Both the position numbers and the translations under genes were made by a program. Positions 56,626-64,000 of a stretch of 64,000 nt of DNA are shown piece by piece. Each line of letters opens with the position of its first letter. Position 1 is the first letter of the stretch. A model generated the notes under the pieces. The model had not been told where the DNA came from and made no database searches. It saw only the letters and a program-made list of their open reading frames with translations. The stretch is from an uncultured Chloroflexia bacterium (GTDB taxonomy: Bacteria; Chloroflexota; Limnocylindria; Limnocylindrales; CSP1-4). The DNA lies in the NCBI GenBank assembly GCA_963724095.1, contig CAVRTH010000005.1, forward strand, positions 648,155 through 712,154, given 5' to 3'.

Positions 56626-58083
56626 CTACTCTCTTCCAGGGGCGTCGGTGGGATCGCCACGGTAGAGGCGCGTGACCGAGAGGTCGACCGCGATGACTTC
56701 GGGGTCAGGCCCGCCCGCTGGCGTGGCCTGGAAGCGGAACTCGAAGCGACGCAAGCGTGACAACGGCATGAGAGCGATCGCCTGCAACAGCAGCGTCGCC
56801 ATCAGGATGCCGTCGAAGGCCCACATCTCTGCGGCCGCGGCCCCGATCAAGGCTCCGATGATCTGGCCCAGGGCCAGGAAGACACTGTAGAGCCCCATGA
56901 CCGCCCCGCGGTCGCTGGGGAACGACTCCGAGATATCCGCCAGCAGGCCCAGCGCCGCGGGAGTGGCCCCTGCGATGAGGAAGAGCCCGAGCGCAAGCCC
57001 CGCCAGCAGCGGTAGGCGCAGCGCAAGGGGCAGGCCGCCACTGTGGTTGAGCAGCAGCGCGGAGACCACGAAGATGGCGCCACCGACGATGCCGTAGAAG
57101 ATGATGGTCGTCCGTCGGAGTGTCACGAACCGGCCACCCCAGTAGACCAGCCCCGCCAGGAAGACGAGCCCGCCTAGCAGGAAGGCGGTGGTCACCACGA
57201 GTGGTGCGATACCGCCGACCAGCCACTGATCCGCGAACCGCGGATCGGGCATGCGCACCAGCTGGAACAACGTCTGAGAGGTATATAGACCGAGACCGGC
57301 ATTCAAGGCGATCCAAGTCGGCGCCAGTAGCCACACGCGCGATCGGCGGAGCAAGCGCCGGTAGCGCGACCAGCCTGACCATGCCTGTGGGTTCGTCGGC
57401 GGAGTCTGAGCCTCTGTCGCCGGGATCCCGTAGCGGAAGACCAGGAACGCCCCCAGGTAGACCAGCGCATTGGCGAGGAACCCGATCGGACCGAGGAGGG
57501 TCCACACCGGACCGGCGGCCGCGAAGCCCAGCGCCAGACCGGCGATCGTCGCGGCCTCGAAGCGGGCCGATGCCCGGCCTCGCAGTCCCTCGTCGCCGCT
57601 CGTGGTGGTAGCGATGTAGCCCAGCACGGAGGGTACGCTGGCCGCCGTGGAAGCGCCCTCCAGCAGGCGCGTCAAGCCGAGCAGCGCCACGCTCCCGACG
57701 AGGATGGGGATCGCCAGGACGATCGAGCCGGGAAGGTGCAACTCGGCCGTCAATGCAGTCAGCAGCACGGCGACGAACCCGAAGAGCGGGCCGAGCTGCA
57801 TGACCCGCCGCTGGCCGATGCGGTCAGAAAGCAGACCAAAGGGTGGCGAGAGGACCAACTCCGAGACGTAGAACAGCGCCGTGAACGTGCCGATCGCGAG
57901 GGGTCCTACGGCCGCCCCACCGTGTTCGGCGAAGGCCGCCAGGAAGAAGATCAGCAATGCCCCGGTAAGGCCCGTCGCGAAGCGCAGTACGAACGTCGCC
58001 GCCGTGACGACCGCGATGCCACGCACCCGGGAGGTGGATGGGTCAGTCGTCTCCGAGGAGATATGCTGCCGACGTGGACCCAT
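56626..58083 (-). CDS. MFS transporter
   Basis: About 14 hydrophobic segments. MFS loop motif GLLSDRIGQRRVM. Confidence 0.85.
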   Translation of the reverse strand: MGPRRQHISSETTDPSTSRVRGIAVVTAATFVLRFATGLTGALLIFFLAAFAEHGGAAVGPLAIGTFTALFYVSELVLSPPFGLLSDRIGQRRVMQLGPLFGFVAVLLTALTAELHLPGSIVLAIPILVGSVALLGLTRLLEGASTAASVPSVLGYIATTTSGDEGLRGRASARFEAATIAGLALGFAAAGPVWTLLGPIGFLANALVYLGAFLVFRYGIPATEAQTPPTNPQAWSGWSRYRRLLRRSRVWLLAPTWIALNAGLGLYTSQTLFQLVRMPDPRFADQWLVGGIAPLVVTTAFLLGGLVFLAGLVYWGGRFVTLRRTTIIFYGIVGGAIFVVSALLLNHSGGLPLALRLPLLAGLALGLFLIAGATPAALGLLADISESFPSDRGAVMGLYSVFLALGQIIGALIGAAAAEMWAFDGILMATLLLQAIALMPLSRLRRFEFRFQATPAGGPDPEVIAVDLSVTRLYRGDPTDAPGRE

Positions 58084-58088
58084 CAGCA

Positions 58089-59075
58089 GTGCCCCCGGAG
58101 GTCATCGAGCTCGCCGATCAGCGCGCTGCGGCTCGAGCCACGCACGATTGGGCCACGGCCGATCGGCTCAAGGAACGCATCGAGGCCGAAGGCTGGCGCG
58201 TGATCGATTCCGGCACCGCCTATGTCCTTGAACCGGCGCGCCCGCCGGATGTCGTGGCGGATGGCCGGACCTACCACGGTTCGCCGGAGTCGGTGCCCCC
58301 CCGCTCCGATGCGCCACTCGCTGGAAGGGCCACGGTGGTGATCATCGCGGGGACGGACGCTGCCGCTGTCGATGCTGCACTGGCGTCGCTGGCCTTGCAC
58401 GTCCCGACCGGCACACAGGTCGTGGTCGTGGTCGAACGCGGCGTCGCGGTCGATGGTCCAGCCGACGAGGTCATCCATACGGCCGCGGCCTGGAGCCCTG
58501 GCGATGCCCTTACCGCTGCGCTGCGACGAGCTTGGGGCTCCACCATCGTCGTGCTCGATCCCGAGCGGGTGCCGATGGGAGACATCGTCAGCCCGTTGAT
58601 CGCGGCCCTGTCGGACCCTTCGCTTGCCATCGTCGCTGCCGAGGGGCTTCGCTCGGTCGATCCGCATCGCTACCAGCCGGCGGGGAAGGGCGATGTCACG
58701 ACCGTGCGGTCAGGCTGCTACGGGTTCCGTCGGGACGATGCCGTCGCGCGCAGCCCCGTCGATGGCCGACTCCATCTCCGCGACAGCGTGGCCGCCTGGT
58801 GGGGACTCACCCTGCGGGACCGGGGGCCGGACGCGCGCCCCGGGCGCGCCCTGGTCCTGGACCTGCCACTGGCTCCCCAGCGGGAAGTGCCAGCGGACGC
58901 TGGTGGCCATGGTCGCGCCGCCAAGCGAGACGCGTACCGCATCGCGGACCGTTTCCGAGGACGCACTTGGCTGGCGACCGAGCTGCCACCAGAGGGGCGG
59001 CTGGTAGGTGACCGGACTGACGACCACCACGACCACGATGGCAGCGACGACGGTCGCCAGGAGGAGCCAGCGTAA
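58089..59075 (+). CDS. Hypothetical protein: CysRS-C-terminal-like helix plus glycosyltransferase-2-like domain; 3' end uncertain
   Basis: ELADQRAAARATHDWATADRLKERIEAEGWRVID resembles the C-terminal tail of cysteinyl-tRNA synthetases. ATVVIIAGTDAAAVDAALASL...QVVVVV resembles the start of GT2 enzymes. The last ~120 codons overlap the rhomboid ORF on the other strand. Confidence 0.45.
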   Translation: MPPEVIELADQRAAARATHDWATADRLKERIEAEGWRVIDSGTAYVLEPARPPDVVADGRTYHGSPESVPPRSDAPLAGRATVVIIAGTDAAAVDAALASLALHVPTGTQVVVVVERGVAVDGPADEVIHTAAAWSPGDALTAALRRAWGSTIVVLDPERVPMGDIVSPLIAALSDPSLAIVAAEGLRSVDPHRYQPAGKGDVTTVRSGCYGFRRDDAVARSPVDGRLHLRDSVAAWWGLTLRDRGPDARPGRALVLDLPLAPQREVPADAGGHGRAAKRDAYRIADRFRGRTWLATELPPEGRLVGDRTDDHHDHDGSDDGRQEEPA

Positions 59076-60224
59076 GCCCCTGGTCCGTGCGATGGGATCC
59101 GGTGCCGAACCTGTGGGTGACTTCGGGTCACTCGTGGGTCGCGACCAGAAGGAGCCCAAGGTCACCCCCGAAGGCACCAGCAGGAAGCCCAGTGCTGCGC
59201 CGGCGACGAGACCCCCGATATGGGCGGCGTTGTCGATGCCGGGGATGGCGAAGCCGATAGCCAGGTTGATGGCGATGAGCATGCCGATCTGCATCGTCAG
59301 GTTTCGCGCGTTCCGTGTCAGTGCCGGCTTGTGCACGCGGTCGGCGACCAGCAACACTCCAAAGAGTCCGAAGACGCCACCGCTGGCACCGACGGCCGGG
59401 ACATCCGAGGTCGCGAAACTGGCCGCCGAACCGGCAGCCACGCAGATGAGATAGAGGCCCAGGAAACGCCACGGTCCATAGAGCGCCTCGACGATGGGAC
59501 CGATGATCCAGAGCGCGTACATGTTGAAGAGCAGATGGATGATCGACCCGTGCACCAGCGCGACCGTCAACAGGCGCCAGTACTCGCCGTCCAGGTAGAT
59601 CGCACCCTTGTCCAACCGCAACCACGACATGAGCGTGTCGTCGGCACTGAACTCCACGAGCAGGCTGACGAGGATGGTGACGCCCAGGATGGCGTAGGTG
59701 ACGATCGGCTGGGCGGTGCCGTTGGCACGTGTTCGGCTGAACGCCCGCTGCGCGCCCCGGTCGTCGCCCAGTTCCTTGCTCAGCCAGCCGATGCGGGACT
59801 GGAGCTCCGGTTGCTCAGATGCGGGGGCGCGACGCGCAGCCTCCCGGTACGCACGTGCTGCGGCGGGGATGTCGTTGCCGCGAACGCGGGCCGCCGCCAG
59901 TGCCTTCCAGGCTCGCCAGGTGAGTTCGTTCTCCGGCGCCTGGGTTGCCGAGATCCAGGCCTGCAATGCGGCTGGCTCCTCGTCCAGGCGGTAGCGACAC
60001 TCCGCGAGACCCAGCAGGGCGGCCGTGTGCAGGGCTGGATCGTCGTGGCCCACGACCCGCGCGAAGGTGCCTGCGGCCAGGTCCCAGTCGCCCTGGTCTG
60101 CGAGCACCTGGCCGCGCTTCAGCAGGCCGACCGCGACATCACTGTCGAGCGGACCAGGCCGGCCGGGGTCGGGAAACGAAGTGGAAGCAGGCTTGCCACC
60201 CCCATCGGGGAAACGATCAGACAT
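58710..60224 (-). CDS. Rhomboid-family intramembrane serine protease with N-terminal TPR-like region; 3' end uncertain
   Basis: HGSIIHLLFNM, GASGGVFG (Ser nucleophile) and AHIGGL (His). After the final TM segment (LLLATVVAAIVVVVVV, about 59010-59070) the ORF runs on antisense to the convergent gene. Confidence 0.75.
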   Translation of the reverse strand: MSDRFPDGGGKPASTSFPDPGRPGPLDSDVAVGLLKRGQVLADQGDWDLAAGTFARVVGHDDPALHTAALLGLAECRYRLDEEPAALQAWISATQAPENELTWRAWKALAAARVRGNDIPAAARAYREAARRAPASEQPELQSRIGWLSKELGDDRGAQRAFSRTRANGTAQPIVTYAILGVTILVSLLVEFSADDTLMSWLRLDKGAIYLDGEYWRLLTVALVHGSIIHLLFNMYALWIIGPIVEALYGPWRFLGLYLICVAAGSAASFATSDVPAVGASGGVFGLFGVLLVADRVHKPALTRNARNLTMQIGMLIAINLAIGFAIPGIDNAAHIGGLVAGAALGFLLVPSGVTLGSFWSRPTSDPKSPTGSAPDPIARTRGLRWLLLATVVAAIVVVVVVSPVTYQPPLWWQLGRQPSASSETVRDAVRVSLGGATMATSVRWHFPLGSQWQVQDQGAPGARVRPPVPQGESPPGGHAVAEMESAIDGAARDGIVPTEPVAA

Positions 60225-60272
60225 TGACCCTGACTGTACCCGGCCCGGACGGATGTGGCCGTGGTCGTGCCG

Positions 60273-60959
60273 TCAGCGGCCCAGGTCGAGTGCCAGCTGG
60301 TCGGACGAGGCCGGACCCTTTCGTCGCTTCGAGCGAGCGCCCCTTTCGCCCGTGGGGCGAGAAGGTCTGCTCACGCCCTGGGCCAGCAGAGGCTCGCCCA
60401 GTCGAACCGCCAGCTGCTCCGCCAATGGCCACCAGTCGTGGTTCTCGGTGATGCCTGAGGCGGGCTGGACGACGAGCCGCTCCCGCGGCACCAGCTGAGG
60501 CAGACGGGCATCGAGGATGGCCTCGATCTCGTCGCGGAACCTGTCGTTGGTCGAGCGCACGCCGTCGGCGCGGATCTCGACGTCAGGCGTCAGGCGCACC
60601 ACCAGGTCGTAGGTCCGTGACCATCGCCGCACGAGCGGTTCCACATCGAAACGATCCTCGCCACCGCCCGCTCTCAGGTAATAGGCGAAGTTGTCCATCA
60701 CGCCACGGTCGGTGACGAGGCACTCGGCCTTGCGCGACAGCTCCAGCTCGCGCCGGATCTGGGAAGTAAGCACCCATAGCTGCGCTTCAGAGCTGGCACC
60801 CTCGTTGATGCCCAACGGGTTGTCGCGAACGACCTCGCGGGCGAATTCGACCGATCGACCGGCGCGCTGGATGACACTGGCGAACGCCAACGCGGCGGTC
60901 GTCTTGCGGATGCCGTGCGAGCCGATGAAGGCGATCTTTGCGTTACGCGGCCAGGACAC
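60273..60959 (-). CDS. AAA_28-like P-loop ATPase with atypical Walker A
   Basis: IAFIGSHGIRKTT reads GxxGxRKT rather than GxxxxGKT. The remainder resembles NadR-kinase/AAA_28 proteins (LVTDRGVMDNFAY). Confidence 0.55.
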   Translation of the reverse strand: MSWPRNAKIAFIGSHGIRKTTAALAFASVIQRAGRSVEFAREVVRDNPLGINEGASSEAQLWVLTSQIRRELELSRKAECLVTDRGVMDNFAYYLRAGGGEDRFDVEPLVRRWSRTYDLVVRLTPDVEIRADGVRSTNDRFRDEIEAILDARLPQLVPRERLVVQPASGITENHDWWPLAEQLAVRLGEPLLAQGVSRPSRPTGERGARSKRRKGPASSDQLALDLGR

Positions 60960-60984
60960 CCACGGATGCTATAGCCTCAGACCC

Positions 60985-61950
60985 ATGACCACACATCGTG
61001 ACCGCTACCCCATCCGCGTCGGAGCGCTGCTCTGGCCGCAGCAGACCGACTGGTCCCAGCTGACGAACGCCGCCCGCCTGGCCGACGATGTCGGCCTCGA
61101 TTCCCTGTGGACGTGGGACCACCTCCACGCCATCGTGGGCGATCCCCTCCAGCCCATCTTCGAGGGTTGGACCACGCTCGCCGCCTGGGCCGCCCAGACC
61201 GAGCGCATCGCACTGGGCCTGATGGTCGGCGCCAACACCTTCCGCAACCCCGGCCTAACGGCCAAGTCAGCGGTGACCGTCGACCACATCAGCGAGGGGC
61301 GGACATGGTTGGGGCTCGGTGGCGCCTGGTTCGAGTACGAACACTCGGCCGCGGGCATCGAATTCGGGAGCGGTTTCGGGCAGCGGCTCGATTGGTTCGA
61401 CGAGGCTGTCACCGGCATCACCCGCGTGTTGGCCGGCGAGCGCGTCACTTCCGAGCCGGGCGGCCGCTATCGCTTCAAGGACCTGGAGCATCATCCCCTG
61501 CCCTACCGCGGGGCCGCCACCCTGCCGCTGATGATCGGCGGTGGCGGAGAGAAGAAGACGCTGCGAACGGTGGCCGCACATGCCCAGGGATGGAATGTCG
61601 ACGGCAGCGTGGAGACGTTGAGGCACAAGGTGGACGTACTGCAGCGTCACTGCGAGGCCGTGGGGCGCGACCCATTGGAGATCGAGTTCACCACCGGCCG
61701 GCACCTGCTGCTGCGAGACGATCCGACGGAGGCCGCGCGGGTGATGCAGGCCGGTCTGGACCACAACGGCAGCAGCCACGTCATCGATCCCGCCATAGAC
61801 TTCCTGGGCAACGAGCAGCAGGTGGCCGCCCAGTGGCGTCACTACCTTGAGCTCGGTTTCACACACGTCATCGTCGACCTGCCCGCGCCCTTCGACCGCG
61901 AGACGATCGAGCGCCTGCCGCGGCTGCGAGAACTTGTGGCCGGGAGCTAG
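60985..61950 (+). CDS. LLM-class (F420-dependent-type) oxidoreductase
   Basis: DSLWTWDH...GWTTLAAWAAQTERIALGLMVGANTFRNPGL...GLGGAWFEYEH pattern typical of luciferase-like monooxygenase family proteins. Confidence 0.8.
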   Translation: MTTHRDRYPIRVGALLWPQQTDWSQLTNAARLADDVGLDSLWTWDHLHAIVGDPLQPIFEGWTTLAAWAAQTERIALGLMVGANTFRNPGLTAKSAVTVDHISEGRTWLGLGGAWFEYEHSAAGIEFGSGFGQRLDWFDEAVTGITRVLAGERVTSEPGGRYRFKDLEHHPLPYRGAATLPLMIGGGGEKKTLRTVAAHAQGWNVDGSVETLRHKVDVLQRHCEAVGRDPLEIEFTTGRHLLLRDDPTEAARVMQAGLDHNGSSHVIDPAIDFLGNEQQVAAQWRHYLELGFTHVIVDLPAPFDRETIERLPRLRELVAGS

Positions 61951-62026
61951 CAGCGGCTTGACCGCGCGCCTATGCTTCGAGTGGCGCCCGGGGGCTCAGC
62001 TGGCGGCCACACAGGGAGGCCCCACG

Positions 62027-62404
62027 ATGGCCGAACACCCCAACGCTGCGATCGTCCGCAGGGCCATGGACGCGATGAATGCCGAGGACATGTCGGTCCT
62101 TGACGACCTTGTCGCCGACGATGTCGCCTGGCACTACATCGGCGGAGCCGAGCCTATCCGCGGCAAGGCCACCATGGCCCAGAGCATGGCCCCCGGCAAC
62201 CGCGACTACACCATCACCGTGGAGGTGCACGACGTCACCGCCAGCGACGACCATGTCGTGGCGCTGGTGAAGGCGCACGCGGTGCGTGGCGACCAGACGC
62301 TCGACTACGACACGGCCGAGATCTTCCACGTTCGTGACGGCCAGGTCACGGAGCGCTGGGCATTCTCCGACGACACGGCCCGCATCGTCGAGTTCTTCGG
62401 CTAG
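62027..62404 (+). CDS. SnoaL/NTF2-like small protein
   Basis: About 125 aa, with the pattern ...[10 protein letters not shown]...VVALV...[13 protein letters not shown] typical of SnoaL-like polyketide-cyclase-fold proteins. Confidence 0.65.
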   Translation: MAEHPNAAIVRRAMDAMNAEDMSVLDDLVADDVAWHYIGGAEPIRGKATMAQSMAPGNRDYTITVEVHDVTASDDHVVALVKAHAVRGDQTLDYDTAEIFHVRDGQVTERWAFSDDTARIVEFFG

Positions 62405-62471
62405 AGGGCGGTACGCACCCTCTGGGACGGCTGCGGAGCGTGGCGCACATACTCCCGGGTGGTCCTGGGGG

Positions 62472-64000
62472 TCACTCGCCGAGCGCCTCCCGCACGATGT
62501 CCTGCGCCTCCGCGATGATGCGCTCGAGGTGGGCGCCGTCGATGAACGATTCGGCGTACAGCTTGGTCACGTTCTCCGTGCCCGACGGCCGCGCCGCGAA
62601 CCAGCCCTCCTCGGTCACCACCTTCAGGCCCCCGATGGCGGCGCCGTTGCCGGGGGCCGTGGTGAGCCTGGCCGTGATGGCTTCTCCTGCGAGTTCGGTC
62701 GCCTTCACCGCGTCGGGGGACAGCGCGCCCAGGGTCGCCTTCTCCGCCGGCGTCGCCGGCGCGTCGATACGCTTGTAGACGGGGGCGCCGAACCGCTCCG
62801 TCAGCTGCGCGTACGACGCGCCGGGGTCGCGCCCCGTCTTGGCGGTCATCTCGGCCGCCAGCAGGCAAGCGATGATGCCGTCCTTGTCGGTCGACCAGGG
62901 CCTGCCCTCTCGTCGCAGGAAGGACATCCCCGCGCTTTCCTCCCCCGAAGGCGACCGAGCCGTCCAGCAGCCCTTCGACGAACCACTTGAAGCCCACAGG
63001 TACCTCGTACAACCGCCGGCCCAGGGAGGCGGCGATGCGGTCCTGCATGCTGGAACTGACCAGCGTCTTGCCGATGGCGGCCGATTCGCCCCAGCCACGC
63101 GCACCTCCGAAGAGATATGCGGCGGCGGCGGCGAGGTAGTGGTTGGGGTTCGAGTAGGCCGGCCGTCGGGGTCACCACGCCGAACCGGTCGGCGTCGGCG
63201 TCGTTGCCCAGCGCCAGGTCGAAGTCGTCGCGCAGCTGGACCAGACGGGCCATGGCATATGGCGACGAGGGGTCCATGCGGATCTTGCCGTCCCAATCGA
63301 GCGTCATGAATCCGAAGGTGGGGTCGACGGTGTCGTCGGTGATGGTCAGGGCGATGCCGTGATGCTCCGCGATAGCACCCCAGTAGGCCACAGCCGCACC
63401 TCCCAGCGGATCGACACCGATACGCAGGCCGGATGCGGCGATGGCGGCCATGTCGATGACATCGTCGAGGTCGGCGACGTAGACCCCCATGTAGTCGTAG
63501 CCGCTGGCAGCGGCCCGGGCCCGTGCCGCCGGCAGGCGCGGGAACATCCGCGATGCCCGTGGCAAGCAGTGCGTTGGCGGCACCCTCGATGGTGCTGGTC
63601 ATGCCTGCGTCGGCCGGTCCGCCGCGAGGGTGGGTTGTACTTGAAGCCGCCATCCGCGGGTGGATTGTGCGAAGGCGTCACGACGATGCCGTCGGCGAGC
63701 GCTCCCGGGGTGCTCCCGATTCCAGGTCAGGATGGCATGTGAGATGGCCGGGGTGGGCGTGTATCCATCGCCGCTGTCGATGCGAACATCGACTCCCTCC
63801 GCCACCAGCACCTCCAGGGCCGTGCCAAAGGCCGGCTCGCTCAAGGCGTGCGTGTCACGGCCCATGAACAGCGGTCCCGCATACCCGCGCTCGCGCCGGA
63901 AGGTGCAGATGGCCGCCGTCGTGGCCACGATGTGCGCCTCGTTGAAGGATGCTCGCCAGCGACGAACCACGATGGCCAGAGGTGCCGAAGGCAACGCGCT
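62472..64000 (-). pseudogene. pgm: Phosphoglucomutase (alpha-D-glucose-phosphate-specific), N-terminus beyond the window, at least 5 frameshifts
   Basis: Segments across frames: ...[12 protein letters not shown]...[12 protein letters not shown] | [18 protein letters not shown] (phospho-Ser loop) | ...[10 protein letters not shown]...[14 protein letters not shown] | ...[10 protein letters not shown]...AFGGEESAG | [18 protein letters not shown]...[17 protein letters not shown]. Confidence 0.8.

Noticed and set aside
1-64000. A search for CRISPR arrays, insertion sequences, toxin-antitoxin pairs or recognisable anti-phage defence operons.
   Set aside because: I found no regularly spaced direct repeats, no transposase or integrase motifs, and no defence-type domain combinations by eye. 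The helicase (Lhr), Ku and the P-loop proteins sit in ordinary repair or housekeeping contexts.

Overview
This is a GC-rich bacterial chromosomal window, roughly two-thirds G+C by eye. The gene repertoire looks Actinomycetota- or Chloroflexota-like: Ku, an F420-type LLM oxidoreductase, ECF sigma modules, many GTG starts and many 4-nt start/stop overlaps. I can support about 60 protein-coding genes, one tRNA-Lys(CUU), several strong hairpins and one recurring intergenic palindrome. I recognised no rRNA, CRISPR array, transposase, integrase or phage genes.

Gene content, left to right:
- An MBL-fold hydrolase cut by the window edge, an OmpR-type two-component pair, gamma-glutamyltransferase, a small zinc-ribbon ORF and a GT87-like membrane protein.
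- The Lhr helicase, split by one frameshift.
- A sugar-phosphate isomerase (two frameshifts), then ureE and ureG with no urease genes.
- An ECF sigma/anti-sigma pair and an SDR + MBL-fold operon.
- A second anti-sigma-like protein paired with a sigma that has only region 4.
- A long co-directional minus-strand array at 17.9-30.6 kb. In transcription order it holds a PEP-utilising enzyme, GntR, an HprK/P-like P-loop protein, a three-subunit Mo-hydroxylase, a cyclase, a Zn-ADH, an ADH remnant, a PPDK-like protein without the PEP-binding barrel, and PFK.
- A divergent plus-strand operon at 31.0-38.1 kb: cupin, split transketolase, LivHMGF and a binding protein.
- Housekeeping genes: metallophosphoesterase, an AcuC-type deacetylase, an M16 peptidase pair, MscS, a P-loop kinase, carB and carA.
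- An SGNH-fold lipoprotein, Ku plus a ligase-like protein lacking the catalytic lysines, TetR, a small Cys protein and tRNA-Lys.
- An HpcH aldolase, a 4xMETA secreted protein, an MFS transporter, a GT-like protein, a TPR-rhomboid, an AAA ATPase, an LLM oxidoreductase, a SnoaL-like protein and phosphoglucomutase (cut by the window edge).

Main second-look items:
1. The 17.9-38.1 kb divergon has a phosphotransfer theme, an HprK/P-like protein and a Mo-hydroxylase.
2. The palindrome TCGAT-A-ATCGA occurs twice in that divergon's control region and once upstream of the distant SDR/MBL operon.
3. A PPDK-like protein has a non-canonical C-terminus and is translationally coupled to pfk.
4. The Ku partner is a ligase-like protein with all catalytic lysines substituted.
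5. ureE-ureG are orphaned, and ureG has degenerate motifs.
6. Frameshifts are strongly clustered at 28.8-35.9 kb, 45.3-48.9 kb and 62.5-64.0 kb. They sit mostly at G/C runs and most likely reflect consensus errors, but this must be resolved before any pseudogene call.

All family assignments come from motif recognition by eye. No database search was possible.
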